Below are positions 9,068-19,757 of a stretch of 64,000 nt of DNA, one piece after another. The stretch's first letter is position 1. Every line of letters begins with the position of its first letter. The notes under the pieces were generated by a model. The model had not been told where the DNA came from. It searched no databases and worked only from the letters and a program-made list of their open reading frames with translations. The stretch spans positions 31,272-95,271 of the forward strand of contig PBXQ01000073.1 in the NCBI GenBank assembly GCA_002727675.1. Direction: 5' to 3'. This stretch comes from Thermoplasmata archaeon. GTDB taxonomy: Archaea; Thermoplasmatota; Poseidoniia; Poseidoniales; Thalassarchaeaceae. Both the position numbers and the translations under genes were made by a program.

Positions 9068-12000
9068 ATGATGAAAATGAATGAACGCATGAGCAGTTTT
9101 TTACTTGTCACATTATTTGTGATGAGTTCCATGTCTGTTCTTGTTACTTTTGCCCCAGAGGTTGATGCTGCGAATAATACTACTAGTGGTGTGATTACTG
9201 GGACTGAGACTTGGCAAGGGAGTCATAGTTTGACTGGAGATGTAGAAATTGCGCCAGGAGCTAAATTAATCATTCAGCCTGGTTCAACCATTACATTTCA
9301 AAATGGTACTTTCCTAAATGTAAAAGGCAATTTATGTGCTGGTGATACATCTTGCGGTGCTAGTGGGATGGCAAGTAATTCTAGTAGAATTAAATTTATT
9401 TGGGCAACTCCTGCTAATCAATCAGCCCAGGGTCGCTGCTATTCATTGATTAACCCATCTAGTGGTCAACCATTGTACAACCCTGATCCTTCTTGTTTTG
9501 AAGGCGTATTAGTTCAAGATACAATTGATATCGCTCAAACAAAATTTAACCATGTTACAATTGAGAATGCATATGGGATGCCTCGTTATGTTTCTGATAT
9601 ACAAGAAATTCGTTGGGGTTCATTTATTTTAGATGGTGCTAGCCCATTAGTAACTGAAATTAATTTTAACAATATTAATACCTCTAGTGCATTGATTTTG
9701 GATTTGGCATCTCCTACATTTAATGGAGGTACTTTCCAAGTAGGTTCTGAAGAGGCAATAGAGGGATTAGCCGGTAACGCCGTTCAAGTTTGGGGTGCGG
9801 GTACTCCAAATGACCCTGTTTTGTTCCAAAGTCCCATCTTTACAGGTACTGATAAGGGATGTTCATCCCAGGATAATGGGCGTCACGTAATTTGGGTACA
9901 GTCATCATTTACAGATATTGATCATGGCGTTGTTGCTAGCGGTGATTATGGTTTTAGATATACAGATTCTGCAGGTAATTTATCTTATAACACCATATCT
10001 ACAGATTGTAATGGCATAGACATAAATGGTCGCCGTTCAATGTTATCAACTGATTATCAATTAGAGGTTTTTGGTAACGCAATTACCACTGCCGACAATT
10101 CACCGGTAACTGCTTATGATGCCGCTTATGCACTTATATCATCTAATACGATGTCTGGCGCAGAACAGGCTTCAGGAATTCAGGTGGTGTCAGATCCTTA
10201 TACTGGTCCTACAGAGGTACGAATTACCAATAATGACATAGGGCCAATTACTGGTTATAATGGAATTTGGGGTGTAGGTTCATTTGACATGATGGTGGAT
10301 AACAACACAATTCATGAAATTAATCGTGAGCCGATTATTGTTGGTGAATACCATTACACAGACTCTGGATGGCAGGTGTCTAGTCCGCATCCAGCAAGGG
10401 CTACAATTGTTGATAATGTAATTACTAATGTCACAGGAACTTGTGATTCAGACAAGGTTTGGGGTGAATCATTTGCTTGCCCTGCATTCCATGTTTATCG
10501 TTCTAGTGCAACAATAAAGAGAAATAATGTTTCTGAAATTGCTGGTGATGCTATTCGTGCAGTTGGGTCATTAATTGATGTTCAAGATAATGATTTTTCA
10601 GTAGCTGGCGAAGGAGCTAAAGTTGTTGATCACAAACATGAATATACATCTTTAGCATTCTTTTCAGGAAATAATTGGATTGATGTTGCAGAAATTGTAT
10701 ATAATGTTACTAAGAGTTCTGTAACCGTACAATCAGAGACAATCCCGTCACTATCTGGTGGTGGCGCTATGCCAATCCAATTGGTTTGGGATAGAGGGCA
10801 AGCATATGAGTACAATAATTGGGACAACAAAGTATTGTTGCCTCCAACAACTTCTATGCCTCCTTTAGATTTCCCATTATCACTTCAAGCTGCAAATAAT
10901 TCAACTGTTTTCACCTATGCTAATATGTCAGGTCTTTCACTATCTAAAATTCAGATTGCCCCTGGCTCTCCAAGTATTTGGCAAGTTCAGGTACGTGAGG
11001 CGTCACTTGTTCGCATTAGAGCAACAGTAGGGGGAGTTAGAGTTCCTGATGCTACGATAATGATTGAGGATGCTCACGGTAATGATATTTATAACATGCA
11101 AACTGACTCTCAAGGTTTTGCTCCTTGGGTTGCTCTTCCATCTGATTTCCATTTAGATATCAGAGGGAATGGAAATAACCCTGATGGTTTTGCAGATGAT
11201 GAGGGCGAAAATTCCTGTTCTGATGGTATCGATAATGATGGTGATTTGTTATATGATTCTAATGATCCTGATTGCAATCAAGGTAGTTCTGTTCGTGAAC
11301 TTTCGATGTACTATGTGACTGCTTATAAATTTGGTAAAGGTTATCATAGGTCAACATTTAATTTGACTGGGATTAATTATGAGGATACCCTTTCAATGTC
11401 TAATCTTGCCCCTTCGTTATTGGTTACTCAAGAGGATGGCCATTCATTCAAGAGAACAATAAATTTCACAGGTTATGCTTGGGATGGTAATATTGGTACT
11501 GGGGTATTTTCCAGTGACGAACTTGCACGTTGGTCTCAACAAGGGGCAGTTCAAAGAATTGAAGTCAAAACACCAGACTCTAGTTCTTGGCAGGATTTTA
11601 GGTATGCAGTTGATGATAGTGGTTCAAATGGAGAAGTAACTTACAATAACAGGCCATTTAAAAATTGGTATTTCTCTTACAATATGGAGGATCAACCAGA
11701 GGGTGACTATACATTTGATTTCAGAGCTTATGATGGGGTTGAATACAGCCCAATTGTTACTAGGACAATAAAATTGAACGTTAACCCACCTAGTATTAAT
11801 GTCATTACCCCCGTAAATAATTCTGTTCATTCTACTGGTACGGTGCTATTTACTGGTGGTGCAATGGATGGATATAATGGGGCTATCAATGACATACAAG
11901 AGATTCATTTCCAGATGTCTAGTCCATCTTGGTCTACAACGACTACCACGATTTCCCGTTCTGTAGACAGTCAAGGAAATCCGATTGGAAGTCTAACTTC

Positions 12001-13447
12001 TTGGTCTTGGGAATGGAATTTCTCAGGTATGCCAAAGAATCGTGAGGTGTGGACTTTTACTATTTGGGCTTCCGATTCGGGATATTGTACTGAAACGGTG
12101 GATATCTGTACGCCTGTAACTTTGATGTTGGATATAGATAATGCTAATGCTGCTCCTGTAATTTCACTATTAGCGCCATATAACGATGAAGTAATTACAG
12201 CAGCAGAAGACACCATGATTGCAGGAATTGCACGTGATACCGATGGTGAAGTGAAAAGAGTGGAAATAAAGATATTAGATCCTCAAAATGGGATGATGGA
12301 GTTGCCAAATTCACCTCCTTCGGTTAATAATATAGCTCCTAATGGTCAATGGAGCACAACTTGGGATACGAGATATCTAATCCATGATTTCCATTATTTG
12401 ATTAGCGCACGTTCTTATGATGGTAAATCAGGGGGTTATAGCGCTTGGGATCAAGTAGAGATTATAATTCACAATCCGCCTGATTCAGATAACCGTGCAC
12501 CTATTTTCAATAGTTCTGGTTGGGTAAATGAAGTGATAATTTTCTGTGAAGAGAATAGTGAAGCTTTGGAAAGGTGTGGGAACGGAGGTTCGATTGAAGT
12601 TTCGCCTTATTTCAGTGACCCCGATGGAGACTCACTTGATTTCGATGTTTGGGACGATCCAGATGTAATTGCCAATAGTGATTTTGAGCACGATCAAAGG
12701 TGTTATGATTTAATTTCAGTAGATATTTATGGTAAGGCAACTTATGATCCTGTTTCAATGTCTTTCCTAAATGCTGACATGGACACTTGGTCATGCGAGG
12801 GAATGAAATTCATTGCCAAAGATGGTTCTAGTACTGCTTATAGTATGAATGTAGATTTTATTGTTAGGGCAGTATCATTTACCGCTGAAAGAACCGATGG
12901 AATATCTGAATTAGGTGATGATGAAATAGTAATTTTCTCTGGTCAGGGGAGGCCTGGGATTGAGGTTGTAGCGCGCTCAAGTAATACTGGACTTAGACTG
13001 AATAATACAATTGTTGACGATAATGGTACATGGACAATGGCCATAAAAGTCAAAAATTTGGAGAATGGATTGAATAATATTAATTTTGTTTATGATAAAA
13101 AAGATACTGGCAAGTCAATATCTGTTCAAGTTGGCTCTGTTGATGATGATAGCGGTCTTGGATGGATTTTATGGGCTTTAATTTCAGTAATATCATTAGT
13201 AGTACTTGCCGGGGTATTCTTCTTCTTCTTTGTTGAATTTGAAGAAGAGCCCGATGTGGATTTACCTCAGGGGAGTCAGGTGGTTGAAGAAGACCCATAT
13301 GCATGGGGTAAAACAAATCAGCAACAAGCTACGGCTTCAGCGCCGGCGACCGCCCAACAGGTCGCTCAGCCTGCAGCTGCGCCTCAACCAAGTTATCCTG
13401 GCTGGAAGTGGGATCCAGAAAGTAATCAGTGGATACCTGATCAATGA
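9068..13447 (+). CDS. Giant (1459 aa) secreted surface protein with right-handed parallel beta-helix repeats, Ca-binding-like Asp-rich segments, a C-terminal TM anchor and a Q/A/P/W-rich cytoplasmic tail.
   Basis: Signal peptide MMKMNERMSSFLLVTLFVMSSMSVLVTFAPEVDA. Pectate-lyase-like beta-helix repeats, e.g. NNDIGPITGYNGIWGVGSFDMMVDNNTIHEIN. DGIDNDGDLLYDSNDPDC segment. C-terminal TM WILWALISVISLVVLAGVFFFFFV, then an acidic/Pro tail ending YPGWKWDPESNQWIPDQ. An SD-like aaggtg lies 8 nt upstream of ATG 9068. Confidence 0.7.
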   Translation: MMKMNERMSSFLLVTLFVMSSMSVLVTFAPEVDAANNTTSGVITGTETWQGSHSLTGDVEIAPGAKLIIQPGSTITFQNGTFLNVKGNLCAGDTSCGASGMASNSSRIKFIWATPANQSAQGRCYSLINPSSGQPLYNPDPSCFEGVLVQDTIDIAQTKFNHVTIENAYGMPRYVSDIQEIRWGSFILDGASPLVTEINFNNINTSSALILDLASPTFNGGTFQVGSEEAIEGLAGNAVQVWGAGTPNDPVLFQSPIFTGTDKGCSSQDNGRHVIWVQSSFTDIDHGVVASGDYGFRYTDSAGNLSYNTISTDCNGIDINGRRSMLSTDYQLEVFGNAITTADNSPVTAYDAAYALISSNTMSGAEQASGIQVVSDPYTGPTEVRITNNDIGPITGYNGIWGVGSFDMMVDNNTIHEINREPIIVGEYHYTDSGWQVSSPHPARATIVDNVITNVTGTCDSDKVWGESFACPAFHVYRSSATIKRNNVSEIAGDAIRAVGSLIDVQDNDFSVAGEGAKVVDHKHEYTSLAFFSGNNWIDVAEIVYNVTKSSVTVQSETIPSLSGGGAMPIQLVWDRGQAYEYNNWDNKVLLPPTTSMPPLDFPLSLQAANNSTVFTYANMSGLSLSKIQIAPGSPSIWQVQVREASLVRIRATVGGVRVPDATIMIEDAHGNDIYNMQTDSQGFAPWVALPSDFHLDIRGNGNNPDGFADDEGENSCSDGIDNDGDLLYDSNDPDCNQGSSVRELSMYYVTAYKFGKGYHRSTFNLTGINYEDTLSMSNLAPSLLVTQEDGHSFKRTINFTGYAWDGNIGTGVFSSDELARWSQQGAVQRIEVKTPDSSSWQDFRYAVDDSGSNGEVTYNNRPFKNWYFSYNMEDQPEGDYTFDFRAYDGVEYSPIVTRTIKLNVNPPSINVITPVNNSVHSTGTVLFTGGAMDGYNGAINDIQEIHFQMSSPSWSTTTTTISRSVDSQGNPIGSLTSWSWEWNFSGMPKNREVWTFTIWASDSGYCTETVDICTPVTLMLDIDNANAAPVISLLAPYNDEVITAAEDTMIAGIARDTDGEVKRVEIKILDPQNGMMELPNSPPSVNNIAPNGQWSTTWDTRYLIHDFHYLISARSYDGKSGGYSAWDQVEIIIHNPPDSDNRAPIFNSSGWVNEVIIFCEENSEALERCGNGGSIEVSPYFSDPDGDSLDFDVWDDPDVIANSDFEHDQRCYDLISVDIYGKATYDPVSMSFLNADMDTWSCEGMKFIAKDGSSTAYSMNVDFIVRAVSFTAERTDGISELGDDEIVIFSGQGRPGIEVVARSSNTGLRLNNTIVDDNGTWTMAIKVKNLENGLNNINFVYDKKDTGKSISVQVGSVDDDSGLGWILWALISVISLVVLAGVFFFFFVEFEEEPDVDLPQGSQVVEEDPYAWGKTNQQQATASAPATAQQVAQPAAAPQPSYPGWKWDPESNQWIPDQ

Positions 13448-13508
13448 TTAAATCATTCAACCGTAACTATTGAATGCTAGTGGGGAAAACATAGTAGGTG
13501 GTGGAATA

Positions 13509-16028
13509 ATGGTAGTTGCTAAACCGGGTGTGCAAGAGAGGATTCTATTGCATCTTAGGGATTATGGGGATTATTCAGGAAAAGTGGAAGTGCCTTTTGC
13601 TTTATCTCAAATGGGGATTGCAAATGCTGTTGCAATAGCTAGGAGTAATGTCCCAAGAGCTATTGCTGGATTGAAAGACCAAGGTTTGTTGATTGAAAGG
13701 CAAACTCATGTTACAGGAGTTACTAGGAAGAGGAAGGCGTATTTCTTGACTGACTCTGGTATGATTGTCTCTGAGGAGACGTGGGAACGACTTTCTAGCC
13801 ATCCTGTTAGATTAATTGGAAATGATGGAAATACCATTAATACAACATTATCCAAAGCAATTGAGACCACTCCGTTTACCATTCGTGCAGTTGACGTCAT
13901 ACGTTACATGGATGATACTGGACTAGTAGACTTACGTTCATTAAATCCCGAATTAATAGAACGTGATTTGTCTAAACATGTAGAAAAGCAACTTGTAACT
14001 TCATTGGAGGATTTGCCTAGATTACGAAGTTTCTATGGCCGAAATAATGAACTAAAGACAATGGTAGATTTACTTAGTGCTCGTTCAACAACGATCCTTG
14101 TTCCGGGTATAGCAGGGATTGGAAAAACTGCCCTTGCTGGAAAATTGATTGAAACCTTTACTCATCAGAGAAATTTATTGTACCATAGAGTGCAAGATTG
14201 GGAGGGTTCTAGGGCCTTTTTAGAGGCATGTGGGGAATGGTTGGCAGCAATAGGTGATGATGCATTGTCAGCATACCTTACTGCTACTCCTGTTCCATCA
14301 GCACAAATGGCAGTTGATTTGATTGTAGATGCATTGGCCGAGGTTGCAGCATTAATTGTGATAGATGATTTACATAAAGTAGCAGATGATGTTCTTTATG
14401 CTGTCATTAGGGGTTTGAATCAACGTATAGATGACATGGATGAAACAGGATTAATTCTCTTCTCTCGTTCATTTAAGGAAGTTGTCCCACTTAGGGATGC
14501 AGAGGGTAAAATCACTACACTAGTAGTCCCTCTTGATGGGTTAGATAGGGAGGCTTGCAGAAATTTATTACCCTCGTTAGATCCAGTTGATGAAGTTACA
14601 TACCAACATATTTACGGCCTTTCTCGTGGACATCCTTTAGTTCTAAATTTAATCAATCGTGGTTCTATTGGTACCACATTTTACGAAACATTGGAAATGT
14701 ATGTTGAGAAAGAAATTTTTAGCAAATTATCAGGTGCTGAAAAGCGTTTATTAGGTGCCTTGGCAGTTTTCCGAGAACCAATGCCTTTGGAGGCGTTAAG
14801 TGGCGATGATTTGGAAACAGATTTGCTAGATGATTTGGTTGAGAAAGGCTTGGCAAGGCAAGCAGATTCTGAGATGTATGATGTTCACGATTTAATTCGA
14901 GAATTCCTTACAAGATCCTTAGATATTGGTACAAATAATGAACTGCATGCTAAAGCAGTTGAGTGGTATAGGACTAGAAGAAATAGACCAGAGGAAAAAA
15001 TTGAGTTTCTTTTCCATCTTTCTCATTCAGGAGATTCAGAAGAACTGGGTGAAAAGTTATCTGTGATGGGTGCAGAATTGGTTCAAGCGGGTCACATGGA
15101 ATTATTTTCCATTCTTGATTCAGTTGAGATGGAATCAGTAGGAGAAAAATCGTGGCCAATTATTCTTGAATTGAAATCAAATATTTTGTCCATGCAGGGG
15201 CGTTGGACTGAGGCCGAAGAGCACTATAACCAAGCTATTAATATGCTTGGATCAACAAAAAAAGAGGAATTGATGAGGGCCAGAATCAAATCAAGTTTAG
15301 CAGATATTTCAGTTACAATTGGCAATGTCGATGATGCTCTAAATTTACATAAGGAGGCATTGAGTTCTTTTATCAAATTGAATGATCCACGTGGTGCTGC
15401 TCGTACTTACAATAACATGGGCTACATTTATCGCAGAAAAAGAGATGAAAAGAGGGCATTGGAAGTATATGCGAATGTGGAAAAATTATTGGATTCAGAA
15501 GATGACCCCGATTTGGTTGAGTCACGAATTAAATTAGCATCAGCATTTTTGGAAATGGGTGAACTAGATCGTGCTAAAGATCACGCTTTTAGTGCCCACG
15601 ATGAAACTTCAGAAGGGGGGGATGCCGTGCTTCATGCTAGGGCGAGGGCAGTCCTTGGACGTTATTATTCTAAAACAGGTGATCCCGAGCTTGCTTTGCA
15701 CCATTATTCCGAGGCCTTGGGGGGTTTATCTGAGCAATCTGATAGTCATGCTGAAGTTGAAATCACTTTATTATTAGGTGAAGTATTAGTTGATAATGGG
15801 CGCAGGGATGAGGCCTTGGAATGTTACCGTGACGCCTTAGTTTTAGCAGAGTCTAATGATTACAGGATGCTAATTGGTGAGTTGCTTGCGAGGTTAGGAG
15901 AAGCAGCACCTGATAAAAGTCGTAGGATGGAATATTTGCAACGTTCATTGACAGTGTTTCGTGAGTTAGGTGCAAATTATAGGATGAGGGATATACAAAC
16001 TAAAGTGCATAGAGCCCTAATGGGTTAA
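13509..16028 (+). CDS. STAND-class P-loop NTPase with N-terminal winged-helix DNA-binding domain and C-terminal TPR repeats. It is a putative ATP-dependent transcriptional regulator or signal-transducing NTPase. The ORF-track start is TTG at 13470; ATG 13509 is preceded by a ggtggtgg SD.
   Basis: N-terminal wHTH-like region LSQMGIANAVAIARSNVPRAIAGLKDQGLLIERQ. Walker A motif ILVPGIAGIGKTALAG. Walker B motif ALIVIDDLH. C-terminal TPR-like repeats (AARTYNNMGYIYRRKRDEKRALEVY; ALHHYSEALG; ALECYRDALVLAE). Confidence 0.7.
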   Translation: MVVAKPGVQERILLHLRDYGDYSGKVEVPFALSQMGIANAVAIARSNVPRAIAGLKDQGLLIERQTHVTGVTRKRKAYFLTDSGMIVSEETWERLSSHPVRLIGNDGNTINTTLSKAIETTPFTIRAVDVIRYMDDTGLVDLRSLNPELIERDLSKHVEKQLVTSLEDLPRLRSFYGRNNELKTMVDLLSARSTTILVPGIAGIGKTALAGKLIETFTHQRNLLYHRVQDWEGSRAFLEACGEWLAAIGDDALSAYLTATPVPSAQMAVDLIVDALAEVAALIVIDDLHKVADDVLYAVIRGLNQRIDDMDETGLILFSRSFKEVVPLRDAEGKITTLVVPLDGLDREACRNLLPSLDPVDEVTYQHIYGLSRGHPLVLNLINRGSIGTTFYETLEMYVEKEIFSKLSGAEKRLLGALAVFREPMPLEALSGDDLETDLLDDLVEKGLARQADSEMYDVHDLIREFLTRSLDIGTNNELHAKAVEWYRTRRNRPEEKIEFLFHLSHSGDSEELGEKLSVMGAELVQAGHMELFSILDSVEMESVGEKSWPIILELKSNILSMQGRWTEAEEHYNQAINMLGSTKKEELMRARIKSSLADISVTIGNVDDALNLHKEALSSFIKLNDPRGAARTYNNMGYIYRRKRDEKRALEVYANVEKLLDSEDDPDLVESRIKLASAFLEMGELDRAKDHAFSAHDETSEGGDAVLHARARAVLGRYYSKTGDPELALHHYSEALGGLSEQSDSHAEVEITLLLGEVLVDNGRRDEALECYRDALVLAESNDYRMLIGELLARLGEAAPDKSRRMEYLQRSLTVFRELGANYRMRDIQTKVHRALMG

Positions 16029-16504
16029 AATCCTGGTTGATTGGTTGTGATTACAACTTTATTATCTTGCATTACTACCCATATTTGTTCTATTCCTGCT
16101 AGTTCTACTTCTCCTGAATGAAATGTATTTCCTGTCGAAGATATGTCTCTAGTTGCTTTTAGGTTAGCACTATGATCTTGCATTATTAGTCCATCATCTG
16201 TCAACAACATTCTGAATTCGAGATTTACTGCATTTGAAAGTAGTAAATCGACTGGTTCAGCGTAGGTGATGTTTCCATCTAATCTGCTAGCAACATCGGC
16301 CCTTTCAATTGCAGCAGCGACAGAGTCTAGGTTTTCTTCCATAGCCTGTTCCATCCAAACATCTCCTCTAGCATCTTGCATTTCCCATGTCCAAACACTG
16401 AAGAATGACATAAAAGATAGCCCAAGTAGGAATGTAAGTACATATCCAATTTCAGTAGCAGCGGCCAACGTATCTCGTTGTAATTTACGATTGATTTTCA
16501 TCAT
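16025..16504 (-). CDS. Small (159 aa) class-III-signal-peptide, type IV pilin-like protein, a putative minor pilin. Start ATGA overlaps the stop of the upstream gene.
   Basis: N-terminus MMKINRKLQRDTLAAATEIGYVLTFLLGLSFMSFFSVWTW: a basic region is followed by a single hydrophobic helix. There is a 4-nt overlap (16501-16504) with the preceding gene, and the stop overlaps the convergent STAND gene stop. Confidence 0.5.
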   Translation of the reverse strand: MMKINRKLQRDTLAAATEIGYVLTFLLGLSFMSFFSVWTWEMQDARGDVWMEQAMEENLDSVAAAIERADVASRLDGNITYAEPVDLLLSNAVNLEFRMLLTDDGLIMQDHSANLKATRDISSTGNTFHSGEVELAGIEQIWVVMQDNKVVITTNQPGF

Positions 16505-18726
16505 ACCACCTCTGTAGAAATTGTTAATTGACTTAATTGAAGGTTGAACAGAACAGGTTTTCCTGCTGCATGGTAAATTGCTTCAGAACTAGAATTTGTT
16601 AATTGAACCCAGCCAACATAGTCTTCTAGTCTTTCTATTTGGCCTGGGAAAGTCAGCCAGTCTGAAGAAAAGGCAAGTTCTTGAGAAGACTCAGAAGCAA
16701 TTGCTGAACCATAAGGTCCATCCCATCCTCTTCGTATTTCATGTCCAAGGACTGTTGCAAGTTGCTCTCTTTGGTTTAATTCTACAGTTAAATCAACTTC
16801 ACTGCTTCCTAAAGATGACCCTTGTTCTGGCATGGTTAGTGGTACGGTTACAGCAAGTCTTGGACCAGGTCCTTCCCTTGCAGGCGGGAGTTTCAGGACA
16901 TCTGCTTGAAATTCTGGATGATTGGTTCCAACAAATCCACCCCGGTATCCGATTTCCATTCCTGAAACAGAACTTGTGAATTCATAATTTAATCTTGGTA
17001 GATGAACTCCCCAAGCAGAAGCCAGTGTGTAAAGCGGATCTCCATTATTTGGTCCCAATGCTTGAATAGATATTCCTAGAGGGTGTGTTCCATCATTCCA
17101 TGCTTCTTTGATTTGAGTATTTGAATGCATAGACATGTCTTTCCAGGGTAAAGTTACTTGAATCCATCCTGAAGCCCTATAGCCTATTGGTTGGCATCTT
17201 TCAAATCCATCGTGGTTTAATTCCATCATTCCATCATTACCGGCAACAGAAATTAATCTAAAGGGTGCATCATTTAGTATATCAGTAGTGTTAACCGAAG
17301 TGCGTACAAGATTTGATGCAATGGGTGAAAGAGTCACAACACGGCTATTTTTTGAATCATTAAATGCTAAGTGTGGTGTTTCATTATGTCCTAAATCTGC
17401 TATTAGGTTTAGAGATGTTTCAGGGCTAGCAGGCTGAATGATTACAAATTCATCGCCATTGGAATTAGGTGTTGAGAATGAATGCTCTAAACCACTTGAC
17501 ATACCACTATCAAGGGCAGGTATCATTTCCATAGAACCTGTTCTAAATGTACCTAACATATTTTCAGGCAACCAATGAATTTGAATTGGGCTGTTTGAAA
17601 CTATTTGGTTTGCTTTATCCCATGGAATTCTAGTTGAATCTCTAGCAGGTATGGTGTTGTAAAGGCCGTCTATTTCAATTGCTACTGAACTACTAGATGG
17701 GTTTTCTACCAGTATGCTTCCATTTGCTGCAGGTAGGGAAAATGTTGTTCCTAACCCCCTGCCGTTAACATCAGGCCAGATTGTAGAGCCTGTGTCTTCA
17801 CCCCAGGTCATCATCAATCTTGCCGGAGAACTAGAATGAACTTGTAACACGTCTCCCAATTCTGTATTGAAATTTTTATTCCATGAAGAAATTTCACCAT
17901 CACTAGTTGCTGTCCCATTTGATGAATTTGATGTCCATGTAACTTGAGTTAAATCATCACTTACAAGAAATAGGCTAACTTTCCCAGGGGGTAAAGGGAT
18001 GGTCCATGATCTTCCCATATTATTATCTGGGTTAGCTAAATCGGGTGTAACCAAAGTGGTCCCGCCGTTTCCTCTCAAAAATATTACTTTAAGCGGGCCA
18101 TCAGATGATAACCAATTATCGCCAATGGAGGGATTATATGTGAAATTAGTGTTTAGGACTTCATCTGGTTTGAGAGTAAATTCAATATCATTTCCTTGAT
18201 TATCCAAATAAATAGAAGTGGAATCCAATGGTTGTTGTAGAGTGGTTACAGGTGTGGCCAATACTGTTCCGTTTATTGCAGGTATACGATAATTCCAAAT
18301 GGCATCTTTACTTGCTCGTAAATCTGAAAAGCAAACAGCCGAAACTTCTCCATTTGGGTATCTTAAACGTACAGTATTATCTAAATCTAGTAAGTCATCT
18401 AATCGCAAACTTCCATCTTCAACAAAGGATACAGAATACCATGTCCCCCCTCGTATAAAATCCCAGCCTAATTCTCCACTATGTGGGCGCAAGGGTAGCG
18501 TAGCCGAATCACCTGGCAACCCAGTTTCAGAAATACGTACTGTTTCGTCTGCTAGATCCAACATTTGGCCAGACATGGCTTGCCTTTCAACAGAGCCATG
18601 TTTTTCATTGATTACAGGAGTAATGGTTACCATCATTCCAGAAATAATTGCAAGTACTCCTGCAAATAATAATACTGTTGCGATTGCTGCTGAGACTGCC
18701 TCCTCATCGTATCTTCTTTGCATCAA
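16501..18726 (-). CDS. 741 aa extracellular beta-rich protein with an archaeal class-III signal peptide, a type IV pilin-like N-terminus. Putative pilus-associated adhesin or major subunit.
   Basis: N-terminus MMQRRYDEEAVSAAIATVLLFAGVLAIISG contains the IATVLL motif typical of archaeal pilin/archaellin N-termini. The remainder is rich in N-x-S/T sequons. There are 4-nt overlaps with the flanking genes at 16501-16504 and 18723-18726. Confidence 0.6.
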   Translation of the reverse strand: MMQRRYDEEAVSAAIATVLLFAGVLAIISGMMVTITPVINEKHGSVERQAMSGQMLDLADETVRISETGLPGDSATLPLRPHSGELGWDFIRGGTWYSVSFVEDGSLRLDDLLDLDNTVRLRYPNGEVSAVCFSDLRASKDAIWNYRIPAINGTVLATPVTTLQQPLDSTSIYLDNQGNDIEFTLKPDEVLNTNFTYNPSIGDNWLSSDGPLKVIFLRGNGGTTLVTPDLANPDNNMGRSWTIPLPPGKVSLFLVSDDLTQVTWTSNSSNGTATSDGEISSWNKNFNTELGDVLQVHSSSPARLMMTWGEDTGSTIWPDVNGRGLGTTFSLPAANGSILVENPSSSSVAIEIDGLYNTIPARDSTRIPWDKANQIVSNSPIQIHWLPENMLGTFRTGSMEMIPALDSGMSSGLEHSFSTPNSNGDEFVIIQPASPETSLNLIADLGHNETPHLAFNDSKNSRVVTLSPIASNLVRTSVNTTDILNDAPFRLISVAGNDGMMELNHDGFERCQPIGYRASGWIQVTLPWKDMSMHSNTQIKEAWNDGTHPLGISIQALGPNNGDPLYTLASAWGVHLPRLNYEFTSSVSGMEIGYRGGFVGTNHPEFQADVLKLPPAREGPGPRLAVTVPLTMPEQGSSLGSSEVDLTVELNQREQLATVLGHEIRRGWDGPYGSAIASESSQELAFSSDWLTFPGQIERLEDYVGWVQLTNSSSEAIYHAAGKPVLFNLQLSQLTISTEVV

Positions 18727-19757
18727 TATACCTCCACAGATTGCAAAGTTACTAGGAAATCAAAAGACTTATTCGGTGGGTGTAGTGTTATTCCATCTAG
18801 CCCGGATAATCTGCCATGTGGGCCAAAATCATTGTATTCATCTAATGCATCACCAGCTAGAAATAATTCGTAATCACCAATCCAATGGTGCATGTACTGA
18901 GGTTCTATTATTGGGTCTCCAGCTATTTCAAATTCAATAATTAGATTTCTAGACATTTGGTCAAACAAGGTTTCTTGGCCCTTTGAGTCAATGTGAATAT
19001 TGGTGATGTGCCTACTAGCAAATGATGAGATATCAATATCTAGTAAAATCAAACTGACTCTAGGAGTCCCATCTAACATTATGTCATTGTGCAAACGCGG
19101 GAATTGTCTAACTTCGATAGATTTGGTGGGTAGTTTTTCAATTCTAGCACCATTGACTAAATTAACCTCAAATGATCCATCGCTTAATACATTGTTTAGC
19201 TTAATTCCATCAAGGGTAACTTCAACAAAACGATGTGATTTAACACCATAAATATCTTCTACCTCAATAAATACATTACCAATTAGATTGTCAACCGTAA
19301 AATTTCCTGAGCCATTTTCAATGTTGAAAGTTTGAGTGCTGTTATCATCAGTTACTCTAACAATACTTGCAGTTCTGTTGATGCTAGTTACTGTGACAAG
19401 GTTTCCATCCAAATTAACAATTGTATGATCATCACCACCAATGTCTGCTTGTATTTTCCAAGTTTCTGCATTTCTCAATGGATCCATTGAACGTGCAATT
19501 TGAGCATTTTGCTGAACTAAACCAGAACCTTCAGGTGATTGGGCTGCTATCAGCATTCTATCATTTAATTGGGTGGCTGCTACTGAGCCAGATGACCATT
19601 CACGGTTGTCTCCAATGTCTTCTATAAATGGTCCAATAAGTACGAAAACCCCGCCAATGACAACAATTACCATTGCTAGTAACATGGTGACCCCGAGAAT
19701 CTCGCTGACCGCGTTTTCTCTGTGGCTACCACTCCGCCGCACATAGCGGACTCCCAC
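18723..19757 (-). CDS. 344 aa class-III-signal-peptide (pilin-like) extracellular protein, first gene of the three-gene operon. It has a GTG start, with an in-frame TAA three codons upstream.
   Basis: N-terminus (M)GVRYVRRSGSHRENAVSEILGVTMLLAMVIVVIGGVFVLIG. It shares the pre-helix motif E-[EN]-A-V-S with the 741 aa protein. An AT-rich promoter-like region lies at 19800-19860. Confidence 0.55.
   Translation of the reverse strand: MGVRYVRRSGSHRENAVSEILGVTMLLAMVIVVIGGVFVLIGPFIEDIGDNREWSSGSVAATQLNDRMLIAAQSPEGSGLVQQNAQIARSMDPLRNAETWKIQADIGGDDHTIVNLDGNLVTVTSINRTASIVRVTDDNSTQTFNIENGSGNFTVDNLIGNVFIEVEDIYGVKSHRFVEVTLDGIKLNNVLSDGSFEVNLVNGARIEKLPTKSIEVRQFPRLHNDIMLDGTPRVSLILLDIDISSFASRHITNIHIDSKGQETLFDQMSRNLIIEFEIAGDPIIEPQYMHHWIGDYELFLAGDALDEYNDFGPHGRLSGLDGITLHPPNKSFDFLVTLQSVEVY

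Noticed and set aside
13509-16028. Interpretation of the STAND NTPase as an Avs-type antiviral defence protein
   Set aside because: Avs-like proteins carry N-terminal effector domains (nucleases, proteases, TIR and similar). Here the N-terminus is a winged-helix DNA-binding fold, which fits a regulator better. This is kept only as an alternative in the findings.
16596-16979. Plus-strand ORFs (16596..16979, 17999..18199, 18228..18458, 18299..18940, 19000..19251, 19421..19627) antisense to the pilin-like operon
   Set aside because: All are embedded in the longer minus-strand ORFs, which show coherent signal-peptide and ectodomain architecture and 4-nt coupled overlaps. They are low-complexity translations with no motifs.
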